From an uncultured Methanosarcinales archaeon (lineage in GTDB: Archaea > Nanobdellota > Nanobdellia > Woesearchaeales > UBA12501), in contig CAYNHV010000007.1 in NCBI GenBank assembly GCA_964397315.1, forward strand, positions 1 through 47,822: a DNA stretch of 47,822 nt, read 5' to 3'. Below are positions 41,048 through 47,822 of the stretch, one piece after another. How positions within the stretch are numbered: the first letter of the stretch is position 1; each line of letters opens with the position of its first letter. The notes under the pieces were generated by a model. The model was given only the letters and a program-made list of their open reading frames with translations, was not told where the DNA came from and made no database searches. The position numbers and the translations under genes are program-made.

Positions 41048-42528
41048 TCTAACTTCTTCACAACGCCCTTGTCGGCATTTACCTCTATCATGTCCCCGTC
41101 CTTTAAAACCTTTGTGGCTGTTCTGGTGCCTATTATGCAGGGTATGTCAAATTCCCTTGAGAATATCGCCGCGTGGCAGGTTATTCCGCCTTCGTTTGTG
41201 ACTATTGCTTTTGCCTTTTTCATTATAGGGGTGAATTCCGGCCGTGTCATGCCTGTGACAAGCACATCCCCCTCGCTGAACTTCCCGAAATCCTTCTGCT
41301 CATGGATTATCCTTGCCCTTCCTGTGGCCTTTCCCGGATTTGCAGAGTTTCCCTTTATCTCGCCTTTCTCATTATCCAGGCTTTTGTTGACTATAATGTT
41401 GAAGTATTCCCTCACATTGTCATGGTGTGCCCTGAGTTCCTCTGGCAGGTACTCAAGCAGGAACATGCTCTTTCTTTTTCGCGCCTCCTCCTGCAGTCTT
41501 CCGCTCTTTATCAGGGTTTCAATCTCTGTGTTGTCAAACAGCTTCAGGTCATCATACTCAAGGGTGAATCTTCTTGCGAACTCCCTGAGGAACAGGGTCT
41601 CGTAATGGACATACATCAGGGCATTCTCTTTTCTCAGGTCCTGCCAGTAGGAGAAAAATGCTGTCAGCTCTGCAAGATCAATGATGTCCTGGTTGAACTT
41701 GTGCTTCCGGATTAACTCCCTCTTTCTTTTGATGTTCTCCTCAACAATGCCTTTCATCCTCTTTTCAGACTCTTGTATCCCCCCCTCCAGCACATCCCTT
41801 ATGCCTGCCATGACATCCTCAGGGGCGTATTCATAGTACCCTCCCCAGTTGCTTTTTATCCAGCAATACCTGTCCATGTGCTCTTTTACGAAATCCAGCT
41901 TTGAGAATTCTGCAGGCTTGTCCAGCAGCTGCATGAGCTCTTCAGAGGTGCTTATCCTCTTTGCCATCTCAATAAGCTCTATCTCCTTCTGTCTGATGAA
42001 GGACTCCCTTTCAGGCAGTATAAGTGTGGTGTAAATCCTGTTTATATCCTTTATTCCATTCTCTTTGCAGAACTTTCCCAGCTTCTCGGTCATTTTTCTC
42101 TCTGAGCCGAGGATAAAAGGGTCTATTATCATGTCAATCTTCCTGCACTTCAGCACAGTCTGCCATGCCCTTTTGTGGAGGTCAAAAAGCTCTTCATCAG
42201 GCATCTGGCTGAGGTCCCTGCTCTTTACTTCCTCGTACAGTTTCTCATACTGCAGGCGGTGTTTCTTCCACTCACTGAACCATCCTTCCAGCCATTTCCT
42301 GTCACTTCTGTGCCTGCTGATTATCTCGTCCGATAAAACATCCTGATCCTGCTCTGGCGTGAGCCACCATATTCTGTTGTTTTCGCAGAAGATCAGAAGA
42401 ACGCTGTATTGTTTCTCAAGAGGATCCAGATGCCTTAAGGACTGGCCTGCCAGGCTGGCGAATACAGGGTTACCCTCTGCTGACTCCTCATACCATTCTT
42501 TGTTTTTGTATTTCTCTTTGATACCCAT
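41044..42528 (-). CDS. PEP-utilising enzyme phospho-His swivel domain protein (paralog 1)
   Basis: 'TNEGGITCHAAIFSRE'; 'YCWIKSNW'; 'YWQDLRKE'. Confidence 0.88.
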   Translation of the reverse strand: MGIKEKYKNKEWYEESAEGNPVFASLAGQSLRHLDPLEKQYSVLLIFCENNRIWWLTPEQDQDVLSDEIISRHRSDRKWLEGWFSEWKKHRLQYEKLYEEVKSRDLSQMPDEELFDLHKRAWQTVLKCRKIDMIIDPFILGSERKMTEKLGKFCKENGIKDINRIYTTLILPERESFIRQKEIELIEMAKRISTSEELMQLLDKPAEFSKLDFVKEHMDRYCWIKSNWGGYYEYAPEDVMAGIRDVLEGGIQESEKRMKGIVEENIKRKRELIRKHKFNQDIIDLAELTAFFSYWQDLRKENALMYVHYETLFLREFARRFTLEYDDLKLFDNTEIETLIKSGRLQEEARKRKSMFLLEYLPEELRAHHDNVREYFNIIVNKSLDNEKGEIKGNSANPGKATGRARIIHEQKDFGKFSEGDVLVTGMTRPEFTPIMKKAKAIVTNEGGITCHAAIFSREFDIPCIIGTRTATKVLKDGDMIEVNADKGVVKKLE

Positions 42529-42566
42529 ATTTTAGTCACTTTATTATTTTAATTTATTAAATTATC

Positions 42567-42785
42567 TTACCAGTTCCTTTCAAAATATATGAACGCGAAG
42601 ACGAGGAGAATGGGCCACTTAAGAAAGCCCCCTACAAATAAGAGGGCATATACTGTAGCCACAAGCAGGAGCATATTGAACAGCAGGTTTTTCCTGGTCT
42701 TGGATATGTGATTCTTGTAGCTCTTGGCGCTGAGACTGTCTTTCCATTGAAAATCTTCTTTTGTGATTCTGACCACCTGATTCAA
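42567..42785 (-). CDS. Small membrane protein, hypothetical
   Basis: 72 aa with two C-terminal hydrophobic segments; TTG start. Confidence 0.5.
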   Translation of the reverse strand: MNQVVRITKEDFQWKDSLSAKSYKNHISKTRKNLLFNMLLLVATVYALLFVGGFLKWPILLVFAFIYFERNW

Positions 42786-42826
42786 TTATTCCTTAGGTAA
42801 ATATAACACCGCCCAAAAAAGAGCAT

Positions 42827-43579
42827 TCAGGGCATCCCAAAAACATAGCCAAGATACTCCCGGTCACCTTCTCCTGGATGGCAGCCGTACATATTGTTGA
42901 CATACTCAACAGGATTATGCCATCTGAGCATCATTTTCCTGCATTCTGATACAGTTGGAATCACGCTATCAACTGAATGTTCTGCGCCCCTGAAACCCAT
43001 CTTCATGCCTTTGATATCATCTATGTTATGGTCAACAATCAAATCAAGGCCTTCTCCAGGATTGAAGTTTCCACCCATGCTTCTTATATCCCTGTTTCCT
43101 GTAAGCATTGCGAGCCCTGCCTCAAGAAGCGGGGCATGGCTTATCCCCTCAATTCTGGCACCGTCCTCTACATCATCTGTGTTCATGACAGAAGCAAGAT
43201 GCACAATGATGTTCCTGCCAGCAGCATACATGTCTCCCCTGCTTCCATCCCGCTTCTTCCACTCATTGTCTAACCAGTACTGTATAATATCATCCCTGTC
43301 AGTTATCCCTTCAGGCTCAGGAGGATCAAGAGGGCTCAAGGCATAAGCAGGAAGAACCCTTTTATCATATCCATAACCTTTAATTATGTTCTGCCCTGTC
43401 TGGACAGCCCTTTCAACAGGAGATGAGTATACCTCAATTGAGGGATGCTCTTCCCTAAGCTTTTCACCTAATTTTCTGCTGGCCTGTACGCCCTCATTAG
43501 TGAGGTTACCGTCAGGCCCCTTTTTACCATGCCTTCTTACTGAATAGGTTACTCTACTGATATTGCTCATTTTCACCAC
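42827..43579 (-). CDS. Histidine phosphatase (phosphoglycerate mutase-like) family protein
   Basis: RHG, 'LTNEG', 'YSSPVERAVQT', 'ISH' motifs. Confidence 0.88.
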   Translation of the reverse strand: MVKMSNISRVTYSVRRHGKKGPDGNLTNEGVQASRKLGEKLREEHPSIEVYSSPVERAVQTGQNIIKGYGYDKRVLPAYALSPLDPPEPEGITDRDDIIQYWLDNEWKKRDGSRGDMYAAGRNIIVHLASVMNTDDVEDGARIEGISHAPLLEAGLAMLTGNRDIRSMGGNFNPGEGLDLIVDHNIDDIKGMKMGFRGAEHSVDSVIPTVSECRKMMLRWHNPVEYVNNMYGCHPGEGDREYLGYVFGMP

Positions 43580-43678
43580 CTGGGGGTTACATAGTTATCA
43601 CACATATTTAATACTTTTTAGTTTATTTTCTTACATTTACGCAATATTTATATAGAAATAACCCAAAATACTGCTTTT

Positions 43679-44641
43679 ATGGCCTTCAAACTTGACCTCA
43701 AGGACAGAAAGCTCCTCACCCTTCTGGATGAGAACTGCAGGCAGAGCAACTCTCAGCTGGCCAGAAGAGTGGGGCTGAGCAAGCCTGCTGTTGAGTACAG
43801 AATAAGAAGATTAGAAAAGCGTCAGGCAATATTTGAGTATTACACTGTAATAGATTTCACAAGGCTGGGGTTTTCACAATACAAACTATACTTCAAGTTT
43901 CAGAACGCTACCCTTGAGGAGGAGAAACAGATAATTGAGTATTGGAAGGGATCAAAGAATATTGTGTGGGTTGCTCAGCTTAGGGGGAGGTGGGACCTTG
44001 CTGTGTCGGTGCTTGCAAGGTCAAACTTTGAGTTCGGAAGGATACTGAGCAGGTTTATGAACAGATACTCAGGATTCATACTTGACAAGGATGTGCTTCT
44101 TACTGAATACTCACCAATCTATGCAAGGGAATACATGACAGACACAGAACCAAAAGAGTTCATGTATGGCATTCCTGGAGGAAAATACAATCCTGACAGC
44201 ATAGAAAAGAAACTCCTGAGGCAGATATCAACAGACGCGAGGATTCCTATATTTGAGCTCTCAAAGAGGACAGGCCTTACAAGAGACATAATAAACTACA
44301 GGCTGAGGAAGCTCTCAAAGGATAAGATAATAGACCAGTTCAGGTGCTATCCCAACCTTGAGGAGATAGGCATAAACCTCTACAAGATAATATTCAGGAC
44401 AAAGAATCTTGATGAGAAAGCTGAAAAGGAGATAAAGGCATATGTTTCAGCAAACAAGAAAGCCCCTCAGATGCTCAAGCTCATTGGATCATGGGACCTT
44501 GAGATTGAGTTTGAAGTTGAGAATGAGGACGAACTCTACAAGCACCTGGCAGACATCAGGAAAATGTTCTCCTTCATCATAAGGGATTTTGACATAATAA
44601 GAGTGACGAGGATCTGCAAGTATGATTACTTCCCCTTTTAA
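43679..44641 (+). CDS. Tandem (double) Lrp/AsnC-family transcriptional regulator
   Basis: Two HTH+RAM units: 'LDLKDRKLL..LDENCR..SQLARRVGLSK..V.YRI' and 'ISTDAR...ELSKRTGL...INYRL'; 'GRWD'/'GSWD'. Confidence 0.9.
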   Translation: MAFKLDLKDRKLLTLLDENCRQSNSQLARRVGLSKPAVEYRIRRLEKRQAIFEYYTVIDFTRLGFSQYKLYFKFQNATLEEEKQIIEYWKGSKNIVWVAQLRGRWDLAVSVLARSNFEFGRILSRFMNRYSGFILDKDVLLTEYSPIYAREYMTDTEPKEFMYGIPGGKYNPDSIEKKLLRQISTDARIPIFELSKRTGLTRDIINYRLRKLSKDKIIDQFRCYPNLEEIGINLYKIIFRTKNLDEKAEKEIKAYVSANKKAPQMLKLIGSWDLEIEFEVENEDELYKHLADIRKMFSFIIRDFDIIRVTRICKYDYFPF

Positions 44642-44689
44642 GCTGAGCTTCCAAAAACTATATAAATAAAGGAAAAGGATTATCAAACC

Positions 44690-46156
44690 ATGACACTCAC
44701 AATAGACCAAATGGCAACATTCTGCAAGAAAAAGGGGTTTATCTATCCCTCTGCAGAGCTCTATGGCGGGCTGGCAGGATTCTATGATTACGGCCACCTT
44801 GGTGTTGAGCTGAAGAGGAACATTGAGGAGCAGCTCTGGAACCGTTTTGTAAGGTCAAGACGCGATATAGTCGGCATTGACGGCGCTATAATCACAAGCC
44901 CGAGGGTCTGGCAGGCATCAGGACATGTTGACTGCTTTGAGGACATAATGATTGAGTGCTCCAAGTGCAGGCAGAGGTTCAGGGGAGACCACCTCATAGA
45001 GGACAAGCTCAGCGTAAATGCAGAGGGCATGTCAAAGGAGGACATCAACAAGCTGGTGAGGGAAAACAAGATAATGTGCCCTGAGTGCGGGTCAGAGCTT
45101 GGAGAGGCCAACAAGTTCAACCTCATGTTTGAGACAGATGTGGGGCCTGTGAAAGGTAATACATCATATCTCAGGCCTGAGACAGCCCAGCTCATCTTCA
45201 CTAACTTCAGGCTTGTGCAGGAGCATGCGAGGATGAAGCTTCCTTTTGGCATTGCCCAGCTGGGCAAGGCATTCAGGAATGAGATATCGCCGAGAGACTT
45301 CCTGTTCAGGACAAGGGAGTTTGAGCAGTTTGAGATAGAGTTCTTCATCAACCCTGGGAAGAAGGATGACTGCCCTCCAATGGAGGATATCATGTCAATG
45401 GAAGTCAACGCCCTCCTTGAGGGCGGGAAAAGCCAGAAAAAGACAAAGTTAAAGGATCTTGTCTCAAAAAAGAAACTCAGCAGGTGGCACGCCTGCTGGC
45501 TCGGCCAGTTCTACAGGTTCTTCCTGGACCTGGGCATAAAGAAGGACAGCCTGAGGATAAGGCAGCACACAAAAGACGAGCTTGCCCATTACGCAAGAGC
45601 CTGCTTTGACATTGAATACAAATTCCCTTTTGGCTGGAAGGAGATACACGGCAGCGCTGACAGGCAGAGTTTTGACCTTGAGCAGCATGCAAAGCACTCC
45701 AAAAAAGACCTCTCAGTCTTTGATGAGGATGCAAAAGAGAAGATAACCCCTGAAGTCATTGAGCCGAGCCAGGGAATAGGCAGGGCCCTTCTGGCTTTCA
45801 TGTTTGATGCTTACAATGATGACATGAAGAGGGGCAATGTGGTGCTGAAGCTTGACCCCAGGCTTGCTCCTGTTAAGGCGGGAATATTTCCTCTTGTTGG
45901 CAACAAGCCTGAGATTGTTGAGCTGGCATCAAGAATATATGATGACATCAAAGGCGAGCTTGCATGCGTGTTTGACAGGTCAGGAAGCGTTGGAAGAAGG
46001 TATGCGAGAGCTGACGAGGCAGGCATGCCCTTCTGCGTGACTGTTGATTTTGACAGCCTTGAGGATGATTCAGTCACCATCAGGCACAGGGACACCACAA
46101 AACAGGAGAGGGTTAAGATAAACAGCCTGAAGGAAAAGCTGAAGTCCCTGCTTTGA
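44690..46156 (+). CDS. glyS: Glycyl-tRNA synthetase, alpha2 type
   Basis: 'YDYGHLGVELKRNI', 'YLRPETAQ', 'FRNEISPR..FRTREFEQ.E', 'VIEPS.G..R', anticodon domain 'GRRYARADEAG'. Confidence 0.96.
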   Translation: MTLTIDQMATFCKKKGFIYPSAELYGGLAGFYDYGHLGVELKRNIEEQLWNRFVRSRRDIVGIDGAIITSPRVWQASGHVDCFEDIMIECSKCRQRFRGDHLIEDKLSVNAEGMSKEDINKLVRENKIMCPECGSELGEANKFNLMFETDVGPVKGNTSYLRPETAQLIFTNFRLVQEHARMKLPFGIAQLGKAFRNEISPRDFLFRTREFEQFEIEFFINPGKKDDCPPMEDIMSMEVNALLEGGKSQKKTKLKDLVSKKKLSRWHACWLGQFYRFFLDLGIKKDSLRIRQHTKDELAHYARACFDIEYKFPFGWKEIHGSADRQSFDLEQHAKHSKKDLSVFDEDAKEKITPEVIEPSQGIGRALLAFMFDAYNDDMKRGNVVLKLDPRLAPVKAGIFPLVGNKPEIVELASRIYDDIKGELACVFDRSGSVGRRYARADEAGMPFCVTVDFDSLEDDSVTIRHRDTTKQERVKINSLKEKLKSLL

Positions 46157-46180
46157 GCGTCATCAGGGTTCAGGTGCAGA

Positions 46181-46576
46181 ATGCCGAAAAAAGAGGATGT
46201 GGGTTATGGCATAATAGGAATCTTCTTACTTGTTGCTGTGTCGCTTGTGGTGCTTATGCTTCCTTACGAACCCCTCACAACTTACGCTGTTGCGGACACC
46301 CAATCTCTCTCAGGCATACTGGCAGAGAACCTCATTCTTGTCACAGCTGTATCCATTGTTCTCATAATGGTTATTGCAGGAGCTGTGTTTCTTGTGAAAA
46401 AGCATAGGGAGAGGGAGAGGATTCTCGCGGGCATACCTCATGAGGCCCTGGAGAGGGTGGATGACTACATAAAGCACACCCTTGCAGAAGGATACTCAAA
46501 AGAGGAGATACAAAAGGCGCTTGTTGAGGCAGGATGGCAGGAAAAACAGGCAGAAGCCCTTCTGCACCACATATAA
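46181..46576 (+). CDS. Small two-TM protein with C-terminal helical domain
   Basis: Two TM segments; 'YIKHTLAEGYSKEEIQKALVEAGW' resembles the tail of 1685..3694. Confidence 0.7.
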   Translation: MPKKEDVGYGIIGIFLLVAVSLVVLMLPYEPLTTYAVADTQSLSGILAENLILVTAVSIVLIMVIAGAVFLVKKHRERERILAGIPHEALERVDDYIKHTLAEGYSKEEIQKALVEAGWQEKQAEALLHHI

Positions 46577-46640
46577 GGTCTTCCAGGCCATTCATGTTTC
46601 AGAAAACTTTATATAACACGCCCCACAAGCCTTCTATCCT

Positions 46641-47108
46641 ATGAATATAAATGAACTGCAGCCAAAACAAGGAAGTGTGGAAATCACCGCAGAGGTAGTT
46701 GAGAAGGGTGACGTGAGGGAGTTTGAGAAGTTCGGCAAGAAAGGCAGGGTGTGCAATGCAAAGGTCAAGGATGCCACCGGCCAGATATCCCTCTCACTCT
46801 GGAACGAGCAGATAGACCAGGTAAATGTGGGAGATAAGATAAAGATCTCCAACGGCTATGTCAATGAATGGCAGGGAGAGCCTCAGCTTACAACAGGAAA
46901 GTTCGGCACTTTGGAGGTTGTAGGATCTTCAGAGGCTGCGGCCCGGCCAGCACCTGAGGAGTCTCCTGCAGAAGAGGCCGCTCCAGAGCCTGCACCAGAG
47001 ACTGCTTCAGAATCAGCTTCAGGGCCTGAAGAATCCCCTGACAAGTCTGCTGAGCCAGAGCCTGAAACAGATTCAGACCTTGATATTGAGGAAGAAAAGG
47101 TTGAATGA
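46641..47108 (+). CDS. ssb: Single OB-fold ssDNA-binding protein with acidic Pro/Glu tail
   Basis: 'GRVCNAKVKDATGQISLSLWNE', 'NGYVNEWQGEPQLTTGKFG'. Confidence 0.88.
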   Translation: MNINELQPKQGSVEITAEVVEKGDVREFEKFGKKGRVCNAKVKDATGQISLSLWNEQIDQVNVGDKIKISNGYVNEWQGEPQLTTGKFGTLEVVGSSEAAARPAPEESPAEEAAPEPAPETASESASGPEESPDKSAEPEPETDSDLDIEEEKVE

Positions 47109-47119
47109 TCATGCTCAAA

Positions 47120-47269
47120 GGGGCAGTAGCTCAATCTGGGAGAGCACTAGACTGAAGCTGATTGCCTGGATGTGATGACGCATTAAGCGGGTGATTATAA
47201 GACATCTAGGTGTTCCGGGTTCAAATCCCATGGAGCAACAACTCCTGGCTGGAAGTCCCGGCTGCCCCA
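47120..47269 (+). tRNA. tRNA-Phe(GAA) with two introns (47158-47203 at 37/38; 47226-47255 at 59/60)
   Basis: GGGGCAG/CTGCCCC acceptor, GCTC/GAGC D-arm, CTAGA/TCTAG anticodon stem with GAA at 47154-56, CCGGG/CCCGG T-stem; removing both inserts gives a canonical cloverleaf. Confidence 0.92.
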
Positions 47270-47282
47270 CTCTTTTTCATTC

Positions 47283-47822
47283 TGTGTTAATTACAGTAAT
47301 CCCTCTTCAGAAAAGGCTTGTTTATGATTATACTCATTATTATGATTCCTGATGCTTCCCTGGGAATATTGAGTTTATGATTGTTATTCCTGGTACTTCC
47401 CTCCCTAAAGAAACCGATATTTTAGTTTTTACAGCTCCAGGTTCCACCCACCCTTAGGAAGGTTTATTTATGATAATAACTCATGGTACTTCCATCCCTT
47501 GCGAGGCTGGGTTAATGCTGATAGCTCATGGTATGTCCCTCCCTTACTCCAGAACCAGAAGGTGGGTTCACACCTTCTAAGTTTGCACAACTTACTCCTT
47601 CTTCCACCAATAAGCCCACCCAGTAATATGCTCAACTGCTCTTTGGTTGGGTTGGTGCGCTAAGCATGTGTGAGGGGGATGTGGGTGGGACTTATCCATA
47701 TGTAACTGCGGCTGGGGCGGAGGTCAGGTATGGACTAATCAAAATACTTTGGGAAGGCTTTTAATCATAGTACTTCCCACCCTTTCTGCACAACCACCTA
47801 GCAGGTTATCTGATTCTGTCTC
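47283..47822. repeat. Second copy of the composite non-coding repeat, truncated by the window end
   Basis: 47484-47822 aligns to ~254-599; 47722-47822 is identical to 499-599; ~45-bp degenerate units at ~47373, 47420, 47467, 47511. Confidence 0.88.

Noticed and set aside
499..47822. Circular element or integrated island bounded by direct repeats next to a tRNA
   Set aside because: The repeat is not a tRNA fragment, no integrase is present, the match is internal (499) rather than terminal, and the interval carries housekeeping rfcL, glyS and ssb

Overview
Archaeal chromosomal fragment. Gene style and content (RfcL, alpha2-type GlyRS, single-OB SSB, RAD55/KaiC ATPase, BHB-type tRNA introns, TM+'ITG' proteins) suggest DPANN, probably Woesearchaeota; this is inference. 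It holds two large accessory modules. (1) About 1.7-27.9 kb is a cell-surface locus: three near-identical pilin-like paralogs, two membrane-anchored chaperone-like Ig proteins and two giant adhesins, one ending in a pilin-like domain and carrying swappable LamG cores. It also has an adjacent rhomboid protease, a KaiC-like ATPase, and HTH and AbrB regulators with visible operator arrays. (2) About 29.4-44.6 kb is a split dikinase-type locus: one stand-alone ATP-grasp subunit and five diverged 'substrate domain + phospho-His swivel' subunits. These sit with a divergent Pta, a tandem hexapeptide acyltransferase, two phosphatases, a hydrolase and a double Lrp regulator. Both window ends carry the same non-coding repeat family: ~45-bp degenerate units plus a ~238-bp unit with compensatory base pairing. 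A tRNA-Phe with two introns lies near the right end. All functional calls come from motif recognition by eye; no searches were run.
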